Program-made: the position numbers and the translations under genes | Part shown: in pieces, positions 36,547-50,251 of the stretch | How the letters are laid out: each line of letters opens with the position of its first letter | Numbering within the stretch: position 1 is the stretch's first letter | Assembly: GCF_011386835.1 (NCBI RefSeq) | Contig: NC_088803.1 | Span: forward strand, 20,584,001 to 20,648,000 | From: Chrysemys picta bellii | Taxonomy: Eukaryota | Length of the DNA stretch: 64,000 nucleotides | Reading direction: 5' to 3' | Notes under the pieces: generated by a model | What the model was told of the DNA's origin: nothing | Database searches by the model: none | Seen by the model: only the letters and a program-made list of their open reading frames with translations

Positions 36547-38833
36547 ACTTCTGAAATGTGGGGGAGGGGGAGAGAAGAAATACAAATTTCTGACAAAATA
36601 TGTCACTATTTTCTTTGTCATTTTTCTCCAGCTATAAACTAATGAATATTTGGGATCAGTGTATGAATGGTTGGAGGATGACATGGGAGAGCAGGGGACT
36701 AGCTCAACATATCTATCTAGCCATCTAAGCTGTGGAACTCATTGCCACTGGATAATATGTAAATAAATTTGCAGAATTCTAAAATGGCTTCATTGTTTAT
36801 AGGGACCTCCTGCTTTGGGGTATGAACCAACTGTTACTCTCTGGTTTAGGAAGATTTTTTCTCCATGATTCAGATTATAATACTGTTGTCTTTGAAACAG
36901 CTGACACTGGGCACTACTGGAGATAGGATGATGATGCATGGCAATTCTTCTGCTCCTATAACATTCCAGAGCATTGACTATACAACATATTTGTGACAAT
37001 AAAGTATTTCCATATTTATTTGTATATTTCCATATATTGATAATAGGAATTACCTCAGTCCAAATCATCAGGTAATATAAATTTGGTTTAGCCAATCTGA
37101 CTTCAGTGGAGCTCCATGGATTTAAGCCTGCTCAGAATCTGGCCCTTGAAGTATCTCTGATGTAATGGTGAGGTAGCTGTTGGAAAATGGTGAAAAATGT
37201 GACATCTGTGTCAGGTAATGGAAACAGAGTCTATGTTAGACTGGTTCATCTACGTGCAATACTCCTATGTTGTGTCTGCAACACACCTCAATAAAGGCAG
37301 TGGTTTTGATTCAAATCTCATTCCTATTGATGTAAATCAAGAGTATTCACTCATCCTGGTATAAATCACTAGTAGCTGCGTTTATACCAGTGGGCTTGGT
37401 TCCATTATCACATACCCTCATGTAAATCGTTAGTAACTCTGTTGCAGCCAGTGGTGATCATTCTCTTCTCACTCACCCAAGTGTAAGTCTGGAGGAAATC
37501 TGCTGGTGCCAAGGGGATGGATTTTCCTTTCATCTGCTCATTGTAAAACCGTAGTAACGCCACTGATATCAATGTAGTTGTACTGTTGTAAAACATGCAT
37601 AAATGAAGGAAAGGTCAAGACCATTCTCTCCACATTTAAAGTTTCATTAACTTAGTAAAAAAATCACATCAAAACCCTTTTCCTGTTTCTTCTGGAGGTG
37701 AAATGGACACAACACTGGCTCAATTCTGCAGGCTTTTTATAGGATAAAATCTCCTTGATCTCAGATGAGATTTAGGTGGACTATACGTCGCTTTATCAGA
37801 CTCACTCTGATCATTTACCATGGAAATCCCAGGATGTTAATCACTGAATATCAGTCTCCTGTAAATATGGTGAATGAGTCTCAGAATGTACCAATTTTTA
37901 AAAATAAAAATCAAATTATGAAGAGACATACATTCTGTCTATCTGCCTCTTTTGGTGTCTAAATGCCTTTGAAAATATGGCCCTAAGTGACTTGGGAGCC
38001 CAAGTCCCATAGTTTATTTCTGTGAGACTTTTACATCAGTGTCCATTGAAAGGAGTATGTACAGTTTGACAATGTTCAGAGGAAAGGGTAAGCAACCATG
38101 CAAAGTAGAATCAAGAGGCGGGTTTTCTTCACATAGAGGTGGCTGTCACCTGTCCCTGCCCATGCATTTCCAGGGTTTAAAATTATTGTATTAGCAATAA
38201 CTACAGATTCCACTTACATTCAGTGTCCCATTTTACCAGATGTTGCACAACACATGGTCAGAAAAAGTCTGTGCTCTCAAAAATGTCACCATGTAAACAG
38301 ATTGAGCAGGAGAAAGGAAGCATCAAAATCCACATTTTACAGATGGGGACCTGAGAAACGGTGGGATTAAGGTTGAGATTTTCAAAGCTGCCTAAGACTT
38401 TGGACACTAAAGTCCTATTAAAGTTAATGAGAACCGAGCACTCAAATCTTTTAGCATCTCAGCGTAAGCAGCCTGCCCAAGTTCACACGGGGAGCTAGAA
38501 ATAGATCCCAGATTTCGCAAGTCACAGTCCAACATCTTCATCACAAAACCATCCACCCCCATTTTCCTCTTTCAAGGCACTTAGACTTAGCCTCTGATTC
38601 ATCACCCTTACATTTTGTCTGGGATTTTAAAATGAGCCAAAGGGAGTAAGATGCTCAATGGAGTGCTTAATTCCCTCAGGCCACTGAATGTCCCTGCCTT
38701 TCCCTATAATATTCACCAGCTGAGACCATTGTTCCATGGAAGCGCCTTGTAGAAATTTCGTTGTCTTTGTCACCTATTGTTGTCCATCCCAGTTACCTGT
38801 CCACTGTTGAATTGCCTTGCTACTTCAGGGAGC

Positions 38834-39766
38834 TCAGTGGAAAAAGACTTTCTTTTTTAGTTGTCTTCTCAGGGCCACTTTCACCTCCTTGTTCCTCAGG
38901 CTGTAGATCAAAGAGTTCAGCATGGGGATGACAATGGTGTAGAACACAGAGACAACTTTACTTTGACTTGGGGAGGTTATGGCCCCAGGCTGAGCATACA
39001 TAAAGAAGACTGTCCCAAAGAACAAGCTCACAGCCACCAGATGGGAAGTGCAGGTGGAGAAGGCTCTGCGTCTTCCCTCAGCAGAGGGTATCCGCGTGAC
39101 AGTGGTGATGATGTAGCTGTAGGAGATAAGGACGACCAGGCCAGTGCTCACTATGATGAACCCGCACACGGCCAGCATCGCCATTTCATTGGCAAAGGTG
39201 TCAGAGCAGGAGGCTTGCATCACTGCGGGGACGTCGCAGAAGAAGTGGTCAATTTTCCCCAGCCCGCAGAAGGACAAGGTGAATGTAAAGCCTGTTTGGA
39301 TGCTGCCATTGAGGCAGCCTGAGAGATAGGAGACCACCACCAGGAAAACACATATCCTCTTGGACATTGTGATTGGATAATGCAGTGGGTTGCAGATGGC
39401 AACGAAGCGGTCATAAGCCATCACGGCTAGGAAGAATGCCTCGGTGGTCCCAAAGAGAGAGAAGAAGAACATTTGGGCAGCACAGCCATTGTAGGAAATG
39501 GCTTTTCGCCCTGTTGAGAAGCACAGCAAGGCTTTGGGGGCAATGACGGAGGAGTAGCAGAGGTCCAGGAAGGACAGGTTCTTCAGGAAGAAGTACATGG
39601 GGGTGTGGAGCCTGGAGTCAGCACTGATGATGGTGATCATGCCGACATTCCCCACCAGGGTGACAGTGTACAGAACCAAGAAGAGGACAGAGAGGAAGAT
39701 TTGCAGTTCAGGATGGCCTCCGAATCCCACCAGGATGAACTCAGCCACCGTTGTGTGGTTTTCCAT
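38834..39766 (-). CDS. Olfactory receptor resembling mouse Olfr12/OR9S subfamily, 310 aa (ORF open from 39835, 333 aa)
   Basis: MENHTT...[63 protein letters not shown]. These match Olfr12-type diagnostic stretches as recalled. The NP motif of TM7 reads NS. Confidence 0.93.
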   Translation of the reverse strand: MENHTTVAEFILVGFGGHPELQIFLSVLFLVLYTVTLVGNVGMITIISADSRLHTPMYFFLKNLSFLDLCYSSVIAPKALLCFSTGRKAISYNGCAAQMFFFSLFGTTEAFFLAVMAYDRFVAICNPLHYPITMSKRICVFLVVVSYLSGCLNGSIQTGFTFTLSFCGLGKIDHFFCDVPAVMQASCSDTFANEMAMLAVCGFIIVSTGLVVLISYSYIITTVTRIPSAEGRRRAFSTCTSHLVAVSLFFGTVFFMYAQPGAITSPSQSKVVSVFYTIVIPMLNSLIYSLRNKEVKVALRRQLKKKVFFH

Positions 39767-40189
39767 GGCTCTTTTTGTATATGGAGGAAAGAAGAGACAA
39801 TTTGGGGAGAATGTTGTTTCCTCAATGAGCTCCAATCACCATGTTGGTATATAGTAGCTGTCAGCAGACACATGCAGTTGAACGATCCATTGCAACCCTG
39901 GGCATGGGACAGAGAAGACAATACATAAGAATCACGCTTTCTTGCAACAGATATTGTGCTTCTTCATCATAAGCAAACATTCACATGTGTTGTTTATCAT
40001 GTTGGAAGTAGACTGGTCCTGAAAGTTGAAAGAAGGTTGAGAATGAATGAGAGAACTTTTACAAGCGAGGAAAACTAATAAACATGTAGACTTAAATACA
40101 TATATTTCATTAAAAAATCTAGAAAAAAGAGAGAAGTGAGGGGAAGTAGAGAAAGAGATTAGAAAGGGAAAACAGAGGGAAAATGTGTG

Positions 40190-40190
<1 letters not shown>

Positions 40191-40240
<50 letters not shown>
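40191..40240. repeat. (AGAT)n microsatellite; further tracts at 48727-48787 (CTAT), 50181-50251 and 58819-58874
   Basis: Directly visible. Confidence 0.97.
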
Positions 40241-40241
<1 letters not shown>

Positions 40242-40615
40242 GTGAAAACTTAAGTATGGAAATTTTGGGGGAAGTTAGATGGGAATCTGTTAGATAAGAA
40301 CCCCTACATTTTTACAAGAGCCAATCTCATGACAGTTTCACCATTCATAGTGGCAGAAAACTCAGACTTTCACCTCACAAGAGTTCAGCCCAAGCCAATC
40401 CAAGCCAATTTGTCTTCTAGCTAGAAAACTGTTTGCCTGATTCATGTCCAAACATCACTTCCTTACTCCTCATTTGAAAGAGGAGAAAAGGGGTCCAAAT
40501 TTTACTTTTGCTGAGACTGGTGTAAATCAGGAACAGATGTGAAGTCACATTGCTTAATGCTCTATTAGAAAGTGCTTGGATACTAGCAAGCGGAGTGCAG
40601 TTAAAAAACCTAGCT

Positions 40616-40645
40616 AGAATAGAATAGAATAGAATAGAATAGAAT
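40616..40645. repeat. (AGAAT)n microsatellite
   Basis: Directly visible. Confidence 0.95.
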
Positions 40646-43600
40646 ATGAAAATATGTGTTAAGCTCAACGGTTTTCTCCTCTCCCCCACCCTGATGTAAA
40701 TCAGGAGTACCTCCATTGGCATCAGCAGGACTGATTCTGCTCTCACTCACTCCAATGTTATTCTAGTGTATCCCCAGAATAGTCAATGTAGAGCTTTGTT
40801 GTAAAGTTGGCTTAAGAGACAACATAATCAGATATCATGTGTCCTTATGTCTAATCATCTGACTTCATCACAGAGCCAGTTTCTCTCTCTCTTCCCTCCC
40901 ATTATAAACTAGTAATTATTTTAAATTAACTCTCTGCCTTTTCTAACTTACTTGTCTTCCCACCCAAGAAGGACTAATATTTTGTCACTGAAAACAAATC
41001 AGAGTAGCTACTGGAAACATAACACGGTCAGATGATAATAAAATTACTTACTTTTCAGGTATATACACTGCCACAGTGATTCACAGATAATCCATTGGTT
41101 TTATTTCATTCAAAAAAAGTGGATCTTAAGAAATATGATAAAGAAAAAAATAAAAAAACAAAACAAAATCCTAAGCTTTGAAACATCCAGAAGTCATATG
41201 GCAGAAAAGCAATGACAAAAGTGCTTCCTTGATTTCACTGATTTCTTACAGAAGAGAAAAAAAATATGAGTTTTCCATCTGCATACATTTGTGATTATAT
41301 TTCTGAATGTACTCAGCATTATCTATTGTGCTCTATGGTACCTTAGGAAGCAGCAGCAGCTTTCTTGGCTGACTCAGAATGAGTAACTCTGAGTGTTTCG
41401 TTAACTCACCCGTGGTCTGCTTTTTAAAGTGACTTTCCTTTTCCCATAGGACACATTCTTTAAGCAGTCAATTAACTTTGTTTTCCACACGTGGATAAGG
41501 GTGCAATCTTTTTAAGAATTAAGAAACTAAGAATTGCTGGTGGTGTAGAAAGAGTAGATCGCACTGGAGAATTTGCTCACTGACTGCAAAATTTCAGAAT
41601 GTTTTGTAAATAATTATTTGAGTGGCAGGATGGGTCCACGGTTAGGTCTCTCGACTTGGACTTTGGACACCTAGGTTTGGGTCCCCTACTCTGTCATAGA
41701 CTTCCCATGTCACTTAGGCCAGTTTTTAAAAGGGATTAAGATGCCTACCAATGCAGAGAGGTGCCTAATGCACATTAAAATCAATTTGAAGTCACCAAGA
41801 GTTAGGTATGTTAGTGCTTCTGAAAATCTCGCTAGGTTCTTGTCAGCATCTTTAGACACCTAAATACCTTTACAAAAGTGACCCTAAGTGACACAGGAAG
41901 CCTGTAGCAGAAGAGAGCCTTGAACCTGCCCCAGCACACACACTAACCACTGGATAACCCTTCCTTTCTTTAGCTCCAGCTCACATACGGGATCCAACAG
42001 GTTTCTTGATCACCCCCAGGCTTATCTCTTAACTTTGGCTTCTCCCAAGGAGAGGCGCTGGCTTGAGCAGTTTTGGTGGATGAAAAGTCCCATAACTTTG
42101 TTGATTGACTAGGGCTACAACCCACTCCCATTGTTAAAGCTTCCATTGATTGCAACAGGAATAGGACACGGCCTATTGTTATGGAGACTGGGACTGGAGA
42201 TGTCCCACGGTGCAATACTGTGTTGGGTGTTGTCCCCACCTCCCTGGGAAATTTTGACAAAAATGATTTTTTGGTGAAATATCAAAAAAGCAAAATATTC
42301 AAAATGGGGCCGTGTGGCATCATGAGCATCGTGGTAGGTTCAATGCCTTATGCACCCCTCCTTCTCTTGGGGCCACAATCTCCTGCTGGATTACACCTCC
42401 AATGATGCACGAGTTTTTCTCCTTATTGTATGGAGTGGGTGTGCAGCATGGGAGATGTATTCTGGCCAGAGACCCGAGCCCATAGTGGAAAATGACAACA
42501 TAGGCCACCCAAACTACAACTATTAAGAGGCACCACTGTGTCATTGTGAATTGAAATATTTAGGGGTTTGGCTGAAAAAAAACCCCTCTTCGTGAATGAG
42601 CGGGGGGTGGGGGGGCGGTTAAGCTTTATTAACTATCAGAATTGTTTGAGAAATTTTTGTTTCGTTGAAAACCCAATTTTCCATTGGCAAACAATTTAAA
42701 TGGAAAATTCTTGACCAGACATTTTTCTCTAGTCTAAGTCTGGTGCATGAGCTCAGTTACAATGTAATAACTCCCCCTCCCTCACCATCATCAGTAAAGT
42801 TGGAACTTTGGATCATCAGACCTAAATCACAGCCATTTGCCACTTGAACTAAAGGAGGATATCTATCTGGTGGCAGAGTAGTAGGCTGTTATCTTCTCTC
42901 TGGTCCAGCCCCTACAGGGGGCTCCAGTAAACATTTTGCAAGTATTTTATGGGAAGTGTTTAAGCACTGATTTTGATTGTTTGTTGCATATTGATAACTG
43001 TAATTGCTGTTATAGGTCATGACAAAGGCATTTTTATTAAGTTGACAAAGAAATATTTATTTATTATTACAATACCGTAGCTCCAATAGACTCAGTGTGA
43101 GATTAGAGCCCCATTGCACTGGGCACTGCACAGCCACAGTGATAGGCTGTCCGTACCTCAAAGAATTTGCATTTCTAATAAACAAGGTAAGTGAAGGAAT
43201 TGTTATTATTCCTGTTTGACAGATAGAGAACTGGGGCATAGAGACTTTTAGTTGGGATCTACAAAGGACTTGGGTGGAGATTTTAAATGAAAAAGGAAGA
43301 ATAAGGTACCCAAATACCATTGAAAACCAATGGAAATTGGGGTGAGACTTATTTTTTTTAATGCCTAAGTGACTTAGGAGCACAAGTTCCATTGGCATTT
43401 GAAAAATCCCTCCTTGGGTCCCTAATTTCCTTGGGCAATTTTGAAAATCCCTGTCTCAATGCATTTCCAAGGTCACCCAGAGCTGAAAATTGACCCCCAG
43501 TATCCGGAGATCTGTTCCAGTAAATCAAGACCATCTTTCTTCTCCTAGAAAACAATATACTGGGTGTGTTACACTTGTTCATTAAATTTCTGCTCACCCT

Positions 43601-45232
43601 TAAAACCAACTTCCCTCATTAGCTGAGCGTCCTCTGAGCATGGACTCCAAAGAAAGTAATTTAATTTATTTTCCAATAATTAATGCACAATTAAGTCATG
43701 CTTCAAAGGCAGTTTCAACAATGGAAGAATCCACCGTCCCAACAGTGTTCAGCCATCCCGCATCTTATGGCTGGTCCTTTCTTTGATGCCATAGCTACCT
43801 GTAGGATCTTTGCCATTCTACAGATGTGAATCTCAAGAACAGAAGGAGTTAGATCAACATGTTCATAAATTGTTGGTTCCTTGGATTGTGAGAGGATGAC
43901 TTCAGACACCTTTGGTCTGATTTTTCAGAAGTTTTTGGATATTGAGTAGAACTCATCAGAAAATGGGATTTTTTCAATGACAAACATTTATTTCATCTAC
44001 GTTTTCCACAGAAAAGTTTGCCTTTTTGGCAAAATATTGAAAATCAATTTCAGTTTTGAAATGCCACCATAGTGCCACATTGCAGTTGCAGTTCAATTGC
44101 CTTATACATTCAACACCACTATAACCCGAGCTCCCTGATTGGACTACACCTACCATGGTTTCTTGTCATGGACATGGGAGGCAGTTGCATCATGTGAGTC
44201 CCCACTTGTGGTGCATTATGGGAGATGTAGTTTGGTTGGTGAGAGCTACCTAAAGAGGACGATGAGGATGTGAGGAAACTGAACCAAACTCCTATTAGGC
44301 ACTGAAGTTGTTTTTTCAAGCATTTGTTGGTTTTTTTAAAGAAAAATTGAAATTTTCCACAGAATGTAAGCACTTGTGAAAAAAATTGTTTAGTCAAAAT
44401 GCCAATTTTCTGTCAGAACACACTTTCATGGAAAATTTCTAACCAGCCCGAGTGCTGAGAAGCCACAACACCCGTTGATTTCAGATGATTGGGGGGGATA
44501 AGTGAGAATGAGAGGAGCAAAGGACTGGTGAACAGAGATGGCACAGGGGGTTAGAAAGAGGACAAGAATTGAGGTGTACTCCAATGGTATAGGAATTTTT
44601 TGAATGTGGGAACCCAGAATAGGGATAGAATGGTGGAGAAGTCAGCAGAGGGAGGAGCAGAGAGAGACAGAACAGGTGGGATGTGTGTAAAGGTAGTAAA
44701 GCACAGACACAATGGGTTGGTGTATACTTATATATGTAGACAAGAGAGACATGGCTGTATATTAATGGTTGGTTTTCTCTCCATGGACAGCAGTACCAGA
44801 ATCAATATGCTTCCAACACAAATCTTGGGTGGGCGGGGGGAATTGTCTTGTGATCCCGAACACTGCCCCAGCACGGCCACAAACTTTTGGTAAACTTTTG
44901 AGTAAACTTGGGCTGAGATTTTCAAAGGTGACCAAAGAAGCTAGCTACCCATTGATATTCAGACAGAGCTGGGAACCTAGGTTGGGATTTTTGAAAGAGC
45001 CTGCCAGAGCTCGGGACCCAAATCTCACTGAAATTCAAAGTGTGAGGCAGAGAGAAGTACTGAACAGAGATCTGCTCAGCTACAGCCCACTGTCTTAACC
45101 ACAAGCCCATCCTTCCCCAGCAGTGTGGCTTGCCGAATTTCACCTAGATATAGGATAACACAGGTTTGCTTGTTCCTCGTGTAGCATGACATCCATCCAA
45201 GACTCATCAGTAACCCCCTTCTCCAGCAGTCT

Positions 45233-46180
45233 TTAACTACGTTCCCCAGTGCTCCTTGTTCCAAGCTTTGCCTTTCTCAGGGCATCCTTGACCTCCTTGT
45301 TCCTGAGGCAGTAGATGAGGGGGTTCAGGAGCGGCACCACCACAGTATAGAGCACTGACACCAGCTTGTTGGAGTTGTAAGCGTACATGGCCTTGGGCCG
45401 GGCGTAGGTGAACAGGGTGGTGGAGTAGAACAAGACTACCACGGCCAAGTGGGAGCTGCAGGTAGAGAAGGCCTTTTGCTTGCCCTGGGATGAGGGGATC
45501 TTGAGCACAGTGAACAGGATGCAGATGTACGAGGTGACCACGATGCACAGAGGCACCATGATGACCATCAGGGCCAGGATGAAGTCCACCAGCTCGGCCT
45601 GGGATGAGTCAGTGCAGGAGACATTCAATAGAGGTGAGATGTCGCAGAAGTAGTGGTTGATAGTGTCAATGCTGCAGAACCTGAGCTGGGCGATGAAGCT
45701 CAGCTTGATTGCAGCGGTGATCAAGCCACAAACCCAGCAGCTTGCAGCCAGCTGGGCGCAGAACCTATTGCTCATGATGGATGGGTACCGCAAAGGGTTG
45801 CATATGGCTAAGTAACGGTCATAGGCCATGGCAGCCAAGAGGATGTACTCAGTGCACACAAAGGTCACGAAGAAATACAGCTGTGCCATGCATCCTTGGA
45901 AGGAAATGCGCTTATCCTGGGTCATGAAATCTGCCAGCATCTTGGGCACAATGACTGTCACGTACCAGATCTCCAGGAATGACAGGTTGCCCAGGAAGAA
46001 ATACATGGGCTTGTGCAGCTGGTGGTTGGCCCGGATGACAAGGATGATGATGATGTTTTCCATCAGCGTTAACAAATATGCCACGAGGAAGACGGAGAAG
46101 AGGAGCAGCTGCAGCTCAGCAGAAGTGGGGAATCCTAGTAGGATGAAGTGGCTGACATTGGTTTGGTTTCCTTCATCCAT
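45233..46180 (-). CDS. OR6Y1: Olfactory receptor family 6, OR6Y1-like, 315 aa
   Basis: Intact ORF. The stretches QLYFFVTFVCTEYILLA, NHYFCDISPLLNVSC, SQAE.VDF.LALMVI and LFTYARPK.MYAYNSNK.VSVLYTV match human OR6Y1 as recalled. Confidence 0.88.
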   Translation of the reverse strand: MDEGNQTNVSHFILLGFPTSAELQLLLFSVFLVAYLLTLMENIIIILVIRANHQLHKPMYFFLGNLSFLEIWYVTVIVPKMLADFMTQDKRISFQGCMAQLYFFVTFVCTEYILLAAMAYDRYLAICNPLRYPSIMSNRFCAQLAASCWVCGLITAAIKLSFIAQLRFCSIDTINHYFCDISPLLNVSCTDSSQAELVDFILALMVIMVPLCIVVTSYICILFTVLKIPSSQGKQKAFSTCSSHLAVVVLFYSTTLFTYARPKAMYAYNSNKLVSVLYTVVVPLLNPLIYCLRNKEVKDALRKAKLGTRSTGERS

Positions 46181-46606
46181 TCCTTACATGCAGTGCCTTC
46201 CTTCTCCACCTGTGATGAATTTTATCATGATTAGCCAGATTCCAACCAGTCTAGATCCATGGCTGTTCATTATTTTCTTGATAGTAGCAACTAGCAGCCC
46301 AACCCAAGAGCAGGGCCCCATTGTGTGTGACTCTGTATAGACATATTGTACAAGAACAGTCCCTGCACCAAATACCTTTAGAATCTGAATAGACGAGAGG
46401 GACTCATATTGTAGATTATTCATGCCAGAGACCATCTTTTTGTTCTGTGTTTGTACAGCACCTAACACAGTAGGATTTCAATGGGAGTTAGGCACCAATG
46501 TGCTTTTGAAAACACCACTAAGCATCTATCTGCTTCTTTAGGTACTTAAAGGCCTTTGAAAAGCTGACCTATAGAACCAAAGTTTCATTGAAAGTCAAGC
46601 ACCCAA

Positions 46607-48403
46607 GGCCTAGATTCACAAATGAATTAAGCACCTAAAGTGCATATTTAGGTGCCTATATCTGGGTTTGGTTGCCTAAATCCCAGTTTTAGGCTCCACT
46701 GCAATTCACAAAACTCCCACTGAACCCAGTAGGTGCCTAAATGCACTCGGCACCATGGCTTTTGCAGTACAAGTTCCCTGGGTGCCTATGTATCTACCTT
46801 TGGCCATGTACACTGCTGCCTCATTCTAGGCATCCGGACACCTATCTCCCACCAAAGCCTTAGAGCGATTCACAAACCAGGGGAAGACAGGTGCTCAGCT
46901 GCCTAACTCCCATGCGGGGCCCTAACCAGTAGGTATGTGCTCAGAGGCTGCCTATCAAATTGGGCTGCTCAGGCAAATTCACACAAAAAGATAGGGTGCA
47001 AAAAGGAGAAATCCAGGAGAAATCTGTAACTTTCAGCTCAGTGGCTAGGGTACACACCTGGGACAGCCCCCCAGTTCATGTCCCCTCCCACCTGGTGAGG
47101 GGAAGGGATTTGCACAAGGATCTGCAAGCCTATAAGTGAGTGCCCTCACTACTGGACGAAGGGATAATCTCTGTTCAACTGCCTCAATCTCTCCTGCTGA
47201 AGTGTGGATAAATAATTAAAGAGTCATTAGGCCAGATAAAGCCTGCTAGAATGACTTTCTAGCCCAATGGCTAGAGTACGCCCCCCCCCCTCCCAGGCTG
47301 AGGGAGACCCAAGATCCAATCCTTCCACTTCAATGACTCATTAATTAGTTATCCGGAGTTGAACCGCTTCAACAGGTAGATCCCTGCATGGATACAAAAT
47401 GTCTATCCATGGATGTGGATGTATGCAGATATAAATCGGTATCTGCGGAGCTGCAGGGCTCTATCAGGAAGCACAATGGCAAAATCAGAAGCCTGGTGGG
47501 TCGCCACACCCAGGAGCCAGTGCCCTGCAGCAGCAGCTCTTCCGGTATGGCTGTACCAGTGCCAGCCCCGCCCCCAGCCCTGCCCACTGCACTAGCGCGA
47601 CCAGGGACAACTGCCGGTGAGCCTGGTGACCACCCCTGTGGGCAGGGCTGGGGGCGGTACAGCCATACCAGAGGAACTGCCGGCGTGGGGTGCTGGCTCC
47701 TGGGAGTGGTGGCCCACCAGCCTGCTGCTTTCACCGCTACAGTTACCGGTAGAGCCCTGCAGTTCCGCAGATACCGATTTATATTCACAGATATCCGCAT
47801 CCGCAGATAGACATTTTGTATCTGAGCAGGGCTCTATCAACAGGAGAGACTGAGGGAGCTCTATATCAGAACATCCAAAGCCTGGGGATTAGGGAACTTG
47901 CCTGAGAGGCAGCAGCTTATGCTTCAAATCCCTTTGCCTTGTGAGGCAGAGGGATACTTGAATCAGCAGGTTTCCTAGATCCCAGGGGAGTACACTAACC
48001 ACTGGGCTAACAGTTATGAGGAAGGTCATTCTTCCCTCACCCTCTGGCTTCTTGCAAAAAATGCCTTAGACAACTAACTCCAGAGAGGGATCACAGCTGA
48101 GAATTGCTAAGCAGAAACAGGTGCTTCCCTGTGGCCTAGATTTAGGCACCTAGCTCAGAGAGAGGGGTGGGACTAGCATACACCCCTCTCATCAGAATCT
48201 CCCATTGGCTAGCTTAGGCTCTTCTCTGGCTAGTATGGTGGCTTTGGGAATCATAGCCTAAGACATCTGATTCTCCCCGTTCATTGCGTAGGGAGCCTGG
48301 GTGCCAAACGCAGGCTTTGTGAATTGCAGTGTGTGATTTCCTAGGCACCTACCAACTAGGTGTTCATTGTCACAGTGTCCAAGTACCTTTGTCAATATAC
48401 TCC
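46607..48403. mobile_element. Long non-autonomous DNA element (probably PIF/Harbinger-type), hosting the hAT MITE
   Basis: GGCCTAGATTCACAAA start and decayed CTTTGTCAATATACTCC end, CAA/TAA flanks. A related element spans ~60205-61481. Confidence 0.5.
47377..47836. mobile_element. hAT fold-back MITE, 460 bp
   Basis: Perfect 8-bp TSD TCAACAGG (47369-47376 / 47837-47844); TAGAGCCCTG-type termini; long imperfect inverted arms. Confidence 0.88.
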
Positions 48404-48724
48404 TAAGTGACTTTTGCTATAGGACTGAGGTTCCTAAATTACCTAGGTGGTTTTGAAGATGTTCAAGTACCTAAGTCCATAAGACTCCTTTGAAAATCCC
48501 AGCGTACTCCACAAATTGGAAATAAAATAACCTTTTAGGAGAAAGATCAAACAAAGTGACAAAGTGAATACAATTGTGTGTGATGGAGTTGCAACAAAAG
48601 CCTGGTATTGTTAAAGGATCCTAAGGGAGTTAGGCACACAACTCCCATTGAATTGGCATCTAACTCCTTTAGGCTCTCTTTATATATATAGACTTTATAT
48701 ATACAACTCCTTTGGGCTTCTTTG

Positions 48725-48787
<63 letters not shown>

Positions 48788-49123
48788 CAGAGGATCCTAA
48801 AGGAGTTAGAAAGGCTTCTCAAGGAGCTCTATATAATTGATTTTTTTTCTTTCAAAAATAAGGTGTGAAAAAAAGACAAAAGAACAAAACTGTAAAGGAA
48901 TGGAAAGTGAGGGAAATGCTGGCTATGTTGCTAGGACGGACAGAGACCTCAGCATGCAGCACTCTCAAATTTTCCATCGACGTGCAAAGGGGTGCATGCT
49001 CTGACCCTGCCTGGTGCCCCCCTCAGTCCTGCCCCAGAGATTCAAAAATTCATAGTATCTGGAAACTTCTCTATATGACCTCCAGATAGTGTGCCATCAT
49101 CCCTGGTCACCTTGGTGGGTTCA

Positions 49124-49125
<2 letters not shown>

Positions 49126-49177
<52 letters not shown>
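49126..49177. repeat. (TG)n microsatellite
   Basis: Directly visible. Confidence 0.97.
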
Positions 49178-49179
<2 letters not shown>

Positions 49180-50179
49180 CAGGAGAGGAAAATCTGAGTT
49201 TCTATCCACAGTGCCATCTCCCCTGGTCATCTTGGTTTGGTGGGTTCAATGTATTTGTATGTGTGTCTGTGAGACAGGAGAGAAACATCTCAGTTTCCAT
49301 CCACTAGGGATTAAACAAAAGTTTCTAGAAAGTTAGGCCAATTTTTCTCAATTTTTGCTGAGGTCCCTGGTTTATGATATGTTATCCGCTCTTTAGGTGC
49401 CAGGTCAGCCAAGTCACTGGGCCAGACTTCTATGCCTGGAGCGATTCTGCTCTCCCACCTAAGCAATGTGAGTCATTTGGCTAGGTAGGATGGTTGCCAT
49501 GATAATGGATACCTCCTCCTTTAGACTCCTTTGAAAATCACAGACACCCATAAGGACTGCACTTACATTTCAATGAGGTGTCAGTATGCAGCAAGATGAG
49601 GCATTTCTTTCAGTGAAATCTTTCTGTATCCAAAACTTGAATCTGTGAATATTTAAAGGAGAGGATTCATTAATAGAATACTTGCATATGGGAAACTGGA
49701 TGGATGCACCATCCCATGCACTAGTATCTAATCAATAAGCTAAAGATATCTGTAACCAAGTCCTTATTATAGAAAAGACCAATGGCGAGAAGTAATTCTT
49801 AATGAGCTAAAATAATCTCTTAATGGGTCATTATCTCATTGATCACTGAAGACATTTGCAATACCAAGTGTCCCTCATCAATCACAATTAATCCCTTCCT
49901 GGACATCTGGACACATTCTCCACCGGTCAATCAGGTCAGAGAAAAATCGTATGTACATTCCATCATTTGATCACACACTAAATTCAACCTAAGTACAGAG
50001 TCCCTAGAATTAGAGAAACAAAAACTAGAATGATAGAGACAAAATACTTCAGACTTGTGTACAGAGTTTCATGGGGTCTTATATACAAAGAGTCACGGGG
50101 AGATTGGTTCACTTGCTAACAAACTAATCTCTCATACATCAATCTGTCCAGTCATTGTTTTCTCTTAGATGCCACAGTT

Positions 50180-50251
<72 letters not shown>

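Noticed and set aside
38861-39322. Plus-strand ORFs antisense to OR genes (also 2594, 15679, 23231, 45828)
   Set aside because: Shadow frames of OR coding sequence.
47030-47330. tRNA-box-like fragments (agctcagtggctag, agcccaatggctag; also ~60820)
   Set aside because: Internal parts of a long non-autonomous repeat; no cloverleaf can be built.
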